A DNA stretch of 63,619 bases, filler included, from Lenisia limosa (lineage: Eukaryota; Protista; Breviatea), in NCBI GenBank assembly GCA_001655205.1. It is 12 parts of 12 records of this genome, joined end to end, with 100 filler letters (N's around TTAATTAATTAA, not from the genome) between each part and the next. Parts side by side here need not be neighbours in the genome. Positions count along the whole stretch, not along the records: positions 1 to 26,935 come from LPNZ01010821.1; 11 more parts are not named here. One strand, 5' to 3'. Of this stretch, positions 14,893 through 26,991 are shown piece by piece. The position numbers and the translations under genes are program-made. The notes under the pieces are model-generated. The model was not told the origin of the DNA. It was given only the letters and a program-made list of their open reading frames with translations, and did no database searches. How positions within the stretch are numbered: position 1 is the stretch's first letter; each line of letters starts with the position of its first letter.

Positions 14893-15456
14893 AAGCTCCG
14901 GACATCATTCAAAATCTCCGGACACATCAAAACTCCCGGACAGCTTGAATTTTCCTATAAAAGTACTTTCAACTTCATTTTCATGTTACTTTCGAAAGTA
15001 ATTTCAGTCATAATCACAGGTTTGAATGCGGTTTTTACATATTCTTGGCTCAAACCCAACTTAAGTTACTTGGCTACCCGTTTGCGGCCCTTAAACTGCC
15101 AAAAATAACCAAAACCGTTACAATCGGCCACATTCAAGGAATAAATCCAACTATCCGGGAAAGTTTGACCTTGTAGAAAGCACCATTTTGAACATTTTTC
15201 TCTCAAAATTCACCATTACATAGCCAAAGCAAGGGGGAATCCATNNNNNNNNNNCCGGGAGACCATATTCACGGATTTTTGACACTTGCTCAAAATTGAA
15301 ATAAAAAGTTGGGGAACATTAAGAGGTCGTTTTCTCTATATATCTGTCGAACCAGTTTTGTATTAAACACTACCGTTGACCCATACAAGGGGTCAACTTC
15401 AAGCTGTCCTGGGAGTTTTGATGTGTCCGGTGAATTTTGAATGCTGTCCGGAGCTT
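14893..15456. mobile_element. Non-autonomous DNA-transposon-like element with ~55 bp terminal inverted repeats
   Basis: Left arm aagctccggacatcattcaaaatctccggacacatcaaaactcccggacagcttgaa (14893-14950) is the near-perfect reverse complement of ttcaagctgtcctgggagttttgatgtgtccggtgaattttgaatgctgtccggagctt (~15399-15456). No coding signal inside. Confidence 0.7.
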
Positions 15457-15599
15457 TGAGGACCCACATATATGTTATCATGTGATAGTATACAGATTCT
15501 CAAATAATACGCTACTAAAAAAAAAAAACAGTGCATACCCTGGAGTGGAGGCGTATTTCAATCTTTTCGGGAGCGGAGGCAGCAGTCAAAATAGATCCT

Positions 15600-16896
15600 G
15601 CATCAATACGGGGATCTAAATTGGTAATCATTTGATCCAGATTGAAATGAAAAAGATTCAACACGTCTATGACAAATGACAAGACCTCCCACCGTCTTGA
15701 ATAACAAAATAGTTCTGGGGGTCCGCTGAGAGGGATTCGGAACTGTTTTCAGCTGCAACATTTTGGCCCTTGAAGGCAACAGTGGCAGCAAAGGGGGCGA
15801 AAGCTGCATGATCATGGATTAAGTCTCTTGACGGACCGAAAAACCAAGAAACAGAATTTCTGGCACATACTCAATCGATATTTTAACCAACTTATGATAC
15901 TCATTTTTCAAGTGTTTGAAAGCATACGCTCGTCCCCACCTTTAAAGTTCAGAGCAACAGGGCCAGATACGGGAACACATGCGACGCCATCAAAAAGAGA
16001 CTACAGGTGTGAGCATTATAAGTATAAATGGAGAAAATACCTTTTGAAATTAATCAATATGATGCTCGAAAAAGAGTACCAATGCATTATTTAATATAGA
16101 GCGTCACTTCGGTTTGAAAAAAGACTGAAAATCTCGATAAATCCTAGAAAACTATCGATATTTTACCGGTATTTTTTGAACAGAAGTGAAACCCTAATTT
16201 CATGGACCAAAAGGTATCTTTATTCAAAAAGACTACAGAACGTACCTTGGCCATGGGCAACGCAGTTGCCATTGACGAGTCCTTTCCGGCGGTAACAAAG
16301 AGGGATACTTCGCTGGCATCAAGTTTGCGCTTGTTGATGGATGCCTCCACTTCCACCTGGAACGTGAGAAACCCATGCGAAAATAGTGTTTGGCTTTTCC
16401 TTTAGAAAAAATTGGATGTACATTTCCCCCCCAAAAAAATACTCCCATTCCGCAAACCGATTTTTTTGTTTTCTTTGCGAAATAATTATCGAAGAACACC
16501 CGGAGAGGGGTAGAAAAGCCGATCACCGCAGGGTCCGCTGCCAGATCATCTTCTTCCCCAACCAGAAGAGGAATGCAGTGGGGGACGTCTCCTTCGAAAA
16601 TACTGCAGATGCGTAAGTAAATATTTTAAATAGCAGTGTTGGAAGAGTTGAAGTGGTTGGAGGCCCTCTTACTCTTTGGTAAAGGAGATAATAACATCGT
16701 CTTCGCTGTGACCAGGAAGTACCGCCTCAGAACAGATTTTCTTGAACTCAGCAAGTGTCAAGCCCTCCGACACCTCAATATCCTGGGTTGCGGTTGGAGA
16801 TTCAACAAAAACCTTCATTGTTGCCTCTTTCAATTGACCTTTTTCTTCTGTAGTTTCTTCTTCTCGTTCACTTTTCTTCTTACAACATTTAAACAT
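15600..16896 (-). CDS. Uncharacterised protein with N-terminal MFKCCKKK motif and a possible ubiquitin-like domain; 3' end uncertain
   Basis: ATG at 16896. Exons read MFKCCKKKSEREEET...MKVFVESPTATQDIEVSEGLTLAEFKKICSE, IFEGDVPHCIPLLVGEEDD and FLTFQVEVEASINKRKLDASEVSLFV. Confidence 0.45.
16097..16196. mobile_element. MITE family A copy (intronic)
   Basis: ta-gagcgtcacttcggtttgaaaaaagactgaa...ttgaacagaagtgaaaccc-ta, 100 bp. Confidence 0.75.
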
Positions 16897-17150
16897 CGGC
16901 TTTGTAGGAAATTTTAATATTTTTTAAAAAAGTCAAAATATACTAGGGGTGCTACGTGTTGGGTGAGTTCCACATGCCTTAAGCCTTGGCCCTTGTTGGG
17001 TAAACAAATGCTGAAATCAAAACAACGAAAAAATAAAAGAGAGCAAGAAAGAAGACCCATGTCAACCCCAAAATGTAGTTTGCTTTAGTAAATAGACATC
17101 ACATAACGAAGACAAGAGAACAAGAAAATACCTAAATGAGCCACGCAGCT

Positions 17151-19221
17151 CTACTCGAAACCAGGAATGAGATTCACCACAAAAATGCCTCCTCCGAACA
17201 TAAACGCAGTCACGATGAGGGACCGGATTGACAGGAAGGAGTTGCCGGAGATTCCGTGACCCGAAGTGCAACCGCCACCAATGCGTGCACCGAAGATGAT
17301 CATGAAACCGCCAAGAATAAGCTGCCATACGTCCCTGATGACTGTTAGAAAAAGCCACTGCGCAAACACGAATGATGTTTATAATAGAGCAAATTGTAAA
17401 AGGGGATACGAACCTGGGGTGATGGATAGAGCCTTCGCTGTCGGAGGCGGTGGAGGAGATGAACGCGCCAGCAATGGTGAAGATGACGTAGAGGAACTGA
17501 TGTGTGAATACACTTCATGCTGACACAAGTAGGGCTTCCCTACAGTCCGAAAAACCTCGTAAAAAGCTCGTTATTTACCGAGAATTTATCAAGGAATTCA
17601 GTCTTTTTTGGGACCGTAGGGAAGCCCTATTTACAAGTTCCCCCCATACCTGCCACCAATTGCCCATGCCGCTCATAAAACGACCATAGAGAGGGGGGTT
17701 GAGCAGGTTGCCTTCAGGAAGTATGCGACCAACAGTGTTGGCAATGAGGGTTGAGAATGATGATGAGCAGCCGATTGTATCGTGGCAGAAGAGCATGCAT
17801 GGAATCTGAACCGATTAGTAAGGCGCAATAATTTGGCAATTAGTTGAAAAGAACGCTCAACTGATTGAAGAGGAAAAGCGGTGCTTATCTCTTATAAATC
17901 ATCATAATAATAAAAGGGTTGTGTTGTACCAACCTGGAGGGAGCCGATAATGGCACCGCAGATGACGGGGTGCCAGATCTTCTTGTCCATGAAAGTGCCG
18001 TGCTCGCTGTCAACATCGTCAAGCTCTTCCTTGTAAGGGGCGAGGTAAACAATGGTACCGACCACGGCGGCGTAGCAGATGGCGAAGGGGACGGCTACGG
18101 CAGGGTAGGGAAGGCCAGCCAGCTATTTTGGTCAGTAGGAACGTAAGATTAGTGATTGACTTGCAGCAGCCCCCTTACGATATCGAAAGTTGGGAACTTC
18201 TTGAGCCAGGCTGGGCAGCCGCTCTTGACAAACTTCATAATGGGCTTCTCGAACAATCCATAGACGTATGATGCAACGAGTCCAGCTCCGATTGACCACC
18301 ATGCTGAGTGAACGCCCGCACCAACTTGAGAGAAAATAGTTCCTAGGGGTGTTATTGAGGAATACTTTTTCTTGACTACAGTAGAAAGACTGACGGTAAC
18401 ATGTCGAAAAGGTCAAATTAAGACTAGAACCCGAGGAACGTTAATAAACCCATTAAAACGGAAAGTGCTGATCAATAAACAAAAAAAATAGAAGCAGGAA
18501 AGCAAAAGAGAGAAAGAATGTTCAATAATCGGAGGGTTGCAACTAAACACACACACGCAGTCAATGGGGGAAGACTATCTTATGATAAATCTACAAAACT
18601 TGTAAAAAAAAAACCCATAGTGAATAAAAAGGCAAGATTTACTCCAAAACAGGAGGAATGAATCAATAATCCAAATGCAGTCATATTTCGGAGGGTTGCA
18701 TCCAAAGCAGCTTGATCTCAAGCCTGGCCACGGGAACACCCTTTTCCGTCGGGAAACAACAATATTCAAATAACATATTATTAACGTTCTAAAATGCCAA
18801 TAAACCAACCTGGGCAACCGCCGCAGACTCCCATTCCACCGCCAAGAATGAAGCCTCCGAGCATTGAAGGGAAGATGCCGCGAGGAGGAGTTAAGTCACC
18901 GGCTCGTGGAATACAGACGTGAGACGGTTTACCAAAGAGGTTAAAGAGCGACATCCAGACGAGGGAGACAGCAACGGCTGATAAGAAGACTTGAAGCATC
19001 ACGTTCTTGCTGAAGGTGAATTGATCGATGATAACACGAGGGTCTGATACTCTAGCCTTATCAAGCGCAATTCCAAAGCAAAGGCCCATCAGAATGGCAA
19101 TTATCACCACAACGACTGGTGAAAACTTCTTCCTTTCATCTTTGATGTTGTGAGCAAGGAAAGGGCAGTTAGGGGAGTCCTTAATTGGCACAATAGCCGA
19201 CTTGTCGTGAATATCGGACAT
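17151..19221 (-). CDS. yeeE: YeeE/YedE family (thiosulfate/sulfur-compound) transporter, two-repeat full-length form
   Basis: ILMGLCFGIALDKARV...DQFTFSKNVMLQVFLSAVA...LGGFILGGGMGVCGGCPG-TIFSQVGAG, and C-terminal LGGFMIIFGARIGGGCTSGHGISG. Both conserved Cys/Gly motifs of the family are present and the exons splice in frame. Confidence 0.9.
17530..17629. mobile_element. MITE family A copy inside a yeeE intron
   Basis: ta-gggcttccctacagtcc...ggaccgtagggaagccc-ta, 100 bp, near-perfect terminal inverted repeats. Confidence 0.8.
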
Positions 19222-19495
19222 TTCAAAAGTCGCTGCGTGAAAATTATTTAGTGATTTTTAGTCGTCTTCCCTAAGCTTCCCCCAAATGAATTAACACATT
19301 AACTTGACATTAACATAACTTTGATTTTTTATATAGCATGGCGCGGGGCGTGTACGCCAAGAGTACACACGAATTTTTTCCTGCTGCATGCAAGTTGCCC
19401 TTTTCCTTTCACCTTCCCGGTTAATTACCTATTGAAGAAAGATATACATAGTCATATTGGGATTAAGCAATACGGAACAGATTTCGTTTTTGCAC

Positions 19496-22400
19496 ATGGG
19501 ATCCTTAGATTTGAACTCAAGGTTGGATGTTTTTTATTAATTTCTTTTTGCCTAATTCTATTTTCTGATTATATATTACCATATTCTTAATAATTGAATT
19601 TTCCTGAAAGGAGAGAATGGGATAAACAGTCCCCAGTAAAGGTTGCAGGTTGGCGCCTTTTGGCCTGGAAGTCAAGCAGTGTGACGAAGAAGGAAAAGGA
19701 AGAGGCGTGTTTGCTACCCGCAACTTCGAAATTGGCGAGGTGAGTGTAGCTAAATATTTTTCTTAGTTCTTTCACTGGGTCTATTTCATGCTGCTTCTCA
19801 TGTTTAAATTTATGGTTATTTGAAAGAACTTATCAGGTCTCTAGGTGGTGTTTGCCTGTGACTCTGTTGCAAGCCATGTTCTGCCATCTGAACGTTTGAT
19901 GCGCTGTGCTTGGTGTTACAGGTGGGAAGATGGGTGTGGTTGGGTGGGGTGTACGCTTCTCCTTCCATCTCCTTATAATAGATATATTTATTTCAAGTAC
20001 GTCTTATCAGAACCAGGAGAGGAGACGAAGAAGGTTTCGATGGGAAGCCAGTGGAGCTGAAGAATTGTTCCAAGTGTCAGGCAATGGCATATTGCAGCCG
20101 GGAATGCCAGGTAAGCAATTCTAAACTACTTGGCCGGATACTTCCTGGATGGGAATATTTACATCTACATGATATCTTGTTTTGCCCATGCGAAATATAG
20201 TGTATAAATACATCTTAGCTTTGTAGACGAAAGATTGGAAGAAGGGACATAAGGTCGATTGCAAGGTTGTGCAAAACCCCAAACTGATCAGCTCTGTTTG
20301 TGGGCTCAACCATATTGTTTGGGTACATCTTTACCTTTTTGTTCTTTTTGGGTTCTGCTCTCACAGGTAAATTGTNNNNNNNNNNNNNNNNNNNNNNNNN
20401 NNNNNNNNNNNNNNNNNNNNNNNNNNNNNNNNNNNNNNNNCCCCCCCCCTCCCACAGTTGGTGCAGGAACATATTCCCCCTGAATCCCTTGCGGATATGT
20501 TCCTTGCCGGTCGAATGGCTCTCAGAAAGAAGGACTATGTTGCGAAAGAGGTAGGACCTTTGATGCTCTCTCTGAACTGAACGTTGCTTCAAGAGTGATG
20601 GGATGCGGTGCTACAGAAGCGACTGACCTGGGCTTTGTTTTGTTGTTCTCAACCATCGTGTGTTCAGCCAACAGAGTTTTTAGGCTTTTTTTTAGTTTCA
20701 TAAATTTTTNNNNNNNNNNNNNNNNNNNNNNNNNNNNNNNNNNNNNNNNNNNNNNNNNNNNNNNNNNNNNNNNNNNNNNNNNNNNNNNNNNNNNNNNNNN
20801 NNNNNNNNNNNNNNNNNNNNNNNNNNNNNNNNNNNNNNNNNNNNNNNNNNNNNATGATCTAGGGCAACATCGTAACACTAGAGGAGAAAGAAGAGTTTGG
20901 AGTGTGTACCAAATACTTGGAGACTACATGGGAGGATGTGGAGCAAATGAATTCTTCTCATTGTGAAAAGTGGGGAATCATGACCATCTGAATTGATCTC
21001 TTTTCTTTGTTCTGTTTATTGCGTTACCGTCCTAGGTTCGCAGGAGTTGAGCAAGAGGACTTGAAAATAGCCAAAATTGCCAGTACCTACGGTGTTGGAA
21101 ATGCCAGCGCTGAAGTGATCTCTGATCTTTTGGGCAAATTCAAGGTTTGGTGATTAGGGCTGCCACAATTGAAACGTGATTATTAGCTGTTCATTGAGGT
21201 GGACCCGGTTAGATCTGGTTTTGTCGTTAGATAGTCTGGTTTTATTTCCCATTTCTACATAGTTTTCAAGCATGGATTGCGCGTTGCTCTATTAAGTATT
21301 ACTGGCTGTGACTCTCATTCAATTGAGCTAATCTTTCTAGGTCAATAATTTCAGTTCAGTTAACTCCCTTCTGATCCCACAAGCTGCTGTGGTTTCTCCC
21401 TTAGCAGCACTTCTGAACCATTCGTGTGCCCCCAACACCTTGCTCTCCTATCCTCAAAAGTCAGTGCGTTTGAAAATGTTGTGGTATTTATGCTTATTTA
21501 TCATTTTGTATAACCGTGTCATGCTGTAAAGCTAATACATATCATATGTTCTCATCACGTCCAGGTCCTCTGCACATGACCCTGATATTATCGTCTTCCG
21601 ATCCTGTAGATCTATTTTAGCTGGAGATGAAGTATGCGGCTGGCTAACTCTATTTTTCATCAGGATATTATGGCCCCATGTTTTCAGGTGTATTTTCTGG
21701 ATCACATATTCCGTTTACCCTTTCACTTTAGATTTCCCATTGCTATTGTGATGCTGCTGGTACAACAACAATGAGAAGGCAGCAGCTATCGCAATATGGC
21801 TTCACATGCATGTGTCCTATTTGTACTTCTTCGGATAAATGCGTAAGCTAAAGAAAGACGATTTATTGATTCATTGCTTTTATTCATTTGTTCCTTTTTC
21901 TCATTGCATTACAGAGGGAAACCAACTTAACAGGTTACCTGCCTGAGTCTTCTCCGGAGGTAAGTATTCGAAGTGAACACAAAGACAAGACTTACCGTAT
22001 ATAGAAGGCCAAGAAGGACTTAGAGCGGGCCACTAAGCTGATTAAGGAATCGCAGTCTCTTGATGACTTAGAGCAAGAAGTTATTTTACTGCTTGAGGCA
22101 TTCCGTAGGCTTCATAAAATTATTGTGTCATCTTCCATCCCCAGTGTTCCCAATTTTTTTTTCAATATGTTTTGTTTTTATGGTATATGGTTTTTTCTAG
22201 TTTTAACGTTTGTTGCTCGTGTTTGTTATTGCTTGTTATTGTTTTTTTTTTTAGAGTTTCAGAATATTCGTTTCTCTCCTATATTTCCAAATAAAAAAAC
22301 AGTATTTAGTGATGGTGTCGGTGTTGCAGAAGCGACTGGCCTAGCCTTCTTTCTTTCTTTCTTTTTTATGTTCAACCCTTGTGTGTAGTTAGCCGTCCAA

Positions 22401-23190
22401 TTTTACCCCCTCCTCAAACCTTTTAATTTACTTTTTTTGTTTCATACATTCCCTCCTCAGAGTTGCGTGTGCGCCATTTGAACGCGCTCAATCTTGACGT
22501 ACAGGAGGCAGCATCGCGCCTTTTCCAGTCGGCCCTCATGGTGGATCTCGCGGACCCCAGACCCGTCATTCGTGGGGGGGTATATTGTTTTACTGCGAAT
22601 GGTCACAAAGGATTCAATGTTTCAGTTTTGTAATCAAAATTATAATCTACCTAGATTCCCTTCTCACCACAATTTCTTTCTGGAAGAGCATTCCCGACTA
22701 CCCACACCCCATGCTTGGGCTTCAGGTGAATGGATATTTTATGAAATTAATTTCACTTTTGTTATCAGTCTCACTCGCACTGAAAACCATGACGAAACCC
22801 AAATCATTTCCAGTTGCATACCTGCGCCGATCTTTACGACTCGAGAAACGACCCAAGAGCCATGGAATTCTATATTGAATGCCTGTCTATTATGAAGTTG
22901 TGGTTGGGGCCGAGGGATTCAATTGTCATGAATCTGATCAAGAAATTAGGCTCCATGGGTATATAGGTTTATTATGGTATTGAATGATTTGGTAATGAAG
23001 GCTTTTTCTGACAATATTCGGGGGAGAAATGAGGGGGGGGGGTAAACGATTCAATTTGGAAGAAGTAGATCTACTCAAAGGAACAACAGAAAACATGATG
23101 TTAGCAAGGTTATCTCAAACATTTGTGGTTAAATGTTGAATGATCAAGCGTTCTTCTTAGCGGCACGTCTGAAGCGGTCAAATCAGTGAA
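19496..23190 (+). CDS. SET and MYND domain protein (SMYD-like lysine methyltransferase); 3' end approximate
   Basis: MGSLDLNSR-LAPFGLEVKQCDEEGKGRGVFATRNFEIGE (SET-N); MYND Cys motifs RCAWCY...NCSKCQAMAYCSRECQ-TKDWKKGHKVDC; SPLAALLNHSCAPN; post-SET YGFTCMCPIC; helical C-terminal domain. Confidence 0.88.
20592..20710 (+). repeat. Intron-resident repeat family B (representative copy)
   Basis: gagtgatgggatgcggtgctacagaagcgactgacctgggctttgttttgttgttctcaacc...cagccaacagagttt. Related copies or fragments near 5075-5200, 22305-22410, 27036-27150, 28630-28670, 37708-37750, 38440-38495, 39145-39219, 42715-42760, 45507-45580, 47675-47790, 49930-50012, 53445-53570, 55000-55100 and 62678-62700. Confidence 0.85.
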
Positions 23191-23299
23191 CTACAGTCCG
23201 AAAAAAAAAAAAAAAAANNNNNNNNNNNNNNNNNNNNNNNNNNNNNNNNNNNNNNNNNNNNNNNNNNNNNNNNNNNNNNNNNNNNNAGTGTTTTACAAA

Positions 23300-26200
23300 G
23301 CCCAAGGTACCATCTAGCCTAACCCGTCCGATGATACTTCACCTCACCTAGCTTTTCTGGACTGGGGTTTGTCGGAGCTGAGAGCCGGCAGCATAGTTGG
23401 CCGATCCGGGGTGTGCGGTGGCGACCTACGGAGTTAGGCAGAAAACAAAACAAGAGGCAAAGGTCCAAAATAACAAAACATATCTCAAATTTGTACGAAA
23501 CCGATCTTATGGCTATAACGATTGGAAAGCCATCCATGTATAGTCCATACAATCAAGAGAAAATATATTTATTGAGAGTTTATTCATACGTAGGTTTACA
23601 AACCTTGCAGATTTTGTGGGACTGTCAAAGTCATCCAGTCGCTCAGAGTCTGCCATTTCGGGATCATCGAGGAGGCTTTCCTTATTGAGGTTGTCCTCGC
23701 CAAGTTCTTCCAAATCGGGTTGTTCGTCGGAGCTTTTCACACTGGTTGCGGCAGATATATGGGAAGGCGGGCTTCCCACCCACTTGCCTAATGCGTCGAC
23801 AGTTCGGAAGTTGGGTCCGATCCAGAAGGACTGAGGTGTGAAATACATCTTAAGAAATGATTGCCGTTGTACTAATACTCTATTATTGTGATTGAGGGTA
23901 GGCAGCTTCTTACCTGTTGGCAATCCAGTTTCGGACAGACTCTGAACGAAGGAGGAGGGTCATTCCACACTGCGGCTGCGATCTTAGCCTTCGCCTGTTC
24001 CCACTGAAGCGTCAGAACATAACATGGCTTCTTAATACCCTCCTCCCTCTCAGTATACATATGATTGTATATTATCACTGAGAAACGCAAAGGGAACCCA
24101 ATGAACTCAAAAACAACAAAAGAACCAACCTTTTGGTCGGAGTTGAACTCGTCAAACGGCACTTCCACGAGGCCCTTCGTGTTGCAAACCGTACAGCTGG
24201 CGGGGTTAGGGGGAAGGGTGGAATAGAGCTTGGAAGGCTATTTTCTCAAAAAAAAAAGGGGGGGGGGGGNNNNNNNNNNNNNNNNNNNNNNNNNNNNNNN
24301 NNNNNNNNNNNNNNNNNNNNNNNNNNNNNNNNNNNNNNNNNNNNNNNNNNNNNNNNNNNNNNNNNNNNNNNNNNNNNNNNNNNNNNNNNNNNNNNNNNNN
24401 NNNNNNNNNNNAAACTCTCTTATCTCACCGAGTCATCAAAGCGTCGGGGTTGATTACTAGGTTCATAGCCTTGACGGTCTTAACCGAGGTTAAAGGTGTA
24501 AGTGATGATTGTTAAGAGTTTGCAAGATGTGTCATCTCAAAAAGGTCCTTGTTTGGCGTGTTCCTGGGGTGATGGCTTTATTCTACATACATACACTGTG
24601 TGTAGTTCAATACACTGAGCTTTTGCACTAACCTGTTGAAGTTGAATGCTGAAGTCTTTTTGCTCAGTAATCACAACCACCAAATAGCCAGGCATTTGCT
24701 GAACTAAATTGCTTGCTCTCTTCTCACCCCTTGTGATAACGTAGCGTTTTGACGCGCCTTCTGTGGAGAGAGTGGATTAGTGGTGAAAGTACTGATGGTG
24801 GACGATGAAGAGAGCAGTGGTGATAGGGAACAAAATCGATCCCCCCCCCCCCCCCNNNNNNNNNNNNNNNNNNNNNNNNNNNNNNNNNNNNNNNNNNNNN
24901 NNNNNNNNNNNNNNNNNNNNNNNNNNNNNNNNNNNNNNNNNNNNNNNNNNNNNNNNNNNNNNNNNNNNNNNNNNNNNNNNNNNNNNNNNNNNNNNNNNAC
25001 TCGGGGGGATGACACAGTCGACTCCACAACCCCTGAGTGTGAAAAGAGCAGCAAAATGGCTTCTTATTATGTATTGCATGCAGCCCAAGCACAATTGCGG
25101 GTGGGATAAAACATATTCAATGTCAAAACACAAAACAAACCTGAGCAATTTGCCTAGTTTTATGAAGCACGAGTCTACCGCCATAAGAACAGTCTCTGCG
25201 TTTTTCGACGCTGATGGGATGGAGGGAAGGGGGACTAGAGCTGGAGCTGAAGGGGGGTGAGGGGCAGGATGTCATGAAATTGCGTAAATAGTGGGTTGTT
25301 TGTGAAGGTGTACATGTATGTGATGTGATTGGAGCAGTAGCTTAAAAAAGTATGGCGGGACCTCAGCCAACCAGTTATACCTAACCAAGATTGTTAAATT
25401 CTCAAATCAAAATCATCAAACTTCACACCAAATAAAGAATAAAAGGCGGGGGAAGCATTCTGATAACAGAATATTCTCTTTTGCTTGTAGCCCCTTAGTT
25501 GGACCAACCGCTGTGGGTATCTTGGTCGTAGAACATGGGGTGGTTCGCGGGCTTGGGTCGGTCCGACGACGGCTTGATTAGGGAGGAGATGGCAGGGGAA
25601 AGGGGGAGGTGTGGACGGGGGAAGGACTCTAATTTGTGCGATTTGGGGTTCTGGGTGAGAAAAATGAGAAAGATAAAAACTATAAGAATAAGAAAAATTA
25701 AAATTCCATACTTTTGAGAATACTACCCCCCCCCCCCACGTTGNNNNNNNNNNNNNNNNNNNNNNNNNNNNNNNNNNNNNNNNNNNNNNNNNNNNNNNNN
25801 NNNNNNNNNNNNNNNNNNNNNNNNNNNNNNNNNNNNNNNNNCCGGGGGAGACAAGTTGAAGCCTGAATACGTCACAATAATATGATATAAATCGTAGAAA
25901 TGAAACCCAACTTCGTCACAATAATATAATGCAACTTCTTCACAATAATATAATTCAACTTCGTCACAATAATATTCAAACTTCGTCACAAGACAGATGG
26001 AGCCCCTCCAACGGAGTGATGAGACTTTTGAGATTGTTTTTCCTCTGAATGAGCTCCTCAGCAACCTCAACCAAAACATGGGCATCTTGGGCTGGGAGGG
26101 GTGAAGGATGTTTTAGGGGTTAATGTTGAAAACTATGAATTTGAGTGGTGCCCTACACAGTACACAAAAAAGCTATTATATCCCCAAATCTGAATGTTTA

Positions 26201-26540
26201 TGGAGGATAGAATAATAGTGAGGTGCTTTGTAACCATACCAGCATAGACAGTTTGCCCTTCGGAGAGGGGACGAGCCTCCCAGTCAGAAAGCTGGTACAC
26301 CTTATTGATGGACCTTCCAAAGACGGTGCGAACCTGTCATGGTAAATGCCAAGCAACCAGACTATTTTTTGTTGTTGTTTTGTTTTTTTCAAAACGCATG
26401 AAATAGACGAACAAATGGGCAAATAGGGTTGAAGAACTGATGTACAAATGCCCCCCCCCCCCTCACCATTTCCGATAAGGCAAAGTTGCCCTGGAATTTC
26501 TCATCAGAGACATCCTCCTCTTCCTCAGTCGTATCAATGT
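23300..26540 (-). CDS. Uncharacterised multi-exon gene(s) with Ser/Pro-rich regions; boundaries uncertain, spans N gaps
   Basis: Exon-like blocks such as WEQAKAKIAAAVWNDPPPSFRVCPKLDCQQ and YFTPQSFWIGPNFRTVDALGKWVGSPPSH...DDFDSPTKS, bounded by GT/AG. No family recognised. Confidence 0.4.
25909..25991. repeat. Minisatellite, ~24 bp unit, about 3.5 copies
   Basis: aacttcgtcacaataatataatgc / aacttcttcacaataatataattc / aacttcgtcacaataatattca / aacttcgtcacaa. Confidence 0.8.
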
Positions 26541-26782
26541 TGAGTGTTTGCTGGGGTGTAAAATCGTATTTATTGGATAATAGGACTCCTTCCTACACAC
26601 ACATACACACACATAGACATAAGTCAACACAGGATAAAAAAATCAAAAAATNNNNNNNNNNNNNNNNNNNNNNNNNNNNNNNNNNNNNNNNNNNNNNNNN
26701 NNNNNNNNNNNNNNNNNNNNNNNNNNNNNNNNNNNNNNATGAGCTAGCCACTAAGGCGTCAAAACATGAGTGCGGAAATTAT

Positions 26783-26863
26783 TACAGTGACCGGGATAAG
26801 TATTGACCAATTTTCCTTGGAAATCGCATAGCAACTCTGTCAAGACTTATCAAGGTCAAGGTA
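26783..26863. mobile_element. MITE family D (~80 bp, TA-CAGTG termini, Tc1/mariner-like)
   Basis: ta-cagtgaccgggataagtattgacc...gtcaagacttatcaaggtcaagg-ta. Related copies at 27405-27487 and 51714-51795. Confidence 0.65.
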
Positions 26864-26979
26864 TATACCATTGAGACACAATGATATACATCTTATCTAT
26901 ATTCCAATTAACATAGGGGTTCAGTCTGTCTATCCNNNNNNNNNNNNNNNNNNNNNNNNNNNNNNNNNNNNNNNNNNNN

Positions 26980-26991
26980 TTAATTAATTAA
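26980..26991. other. Artificial contig-join spacer TTAATTAATTAA embedded in ~100 nt of N
   Basis: Identical 12-mer (stop codons in all six frames) flanked by N. It recurs at 28716, 36338, 37652, 40341, 42920, 45451, 47619, 50868, 55145 and 61882. Confidence 0.97.

Noticed and set aside
17530-17629. MITE family A as an introner that creates introns
   Set aside because: The copies lie inside introns, and their ends do not coincide with GT/AG boundaries.
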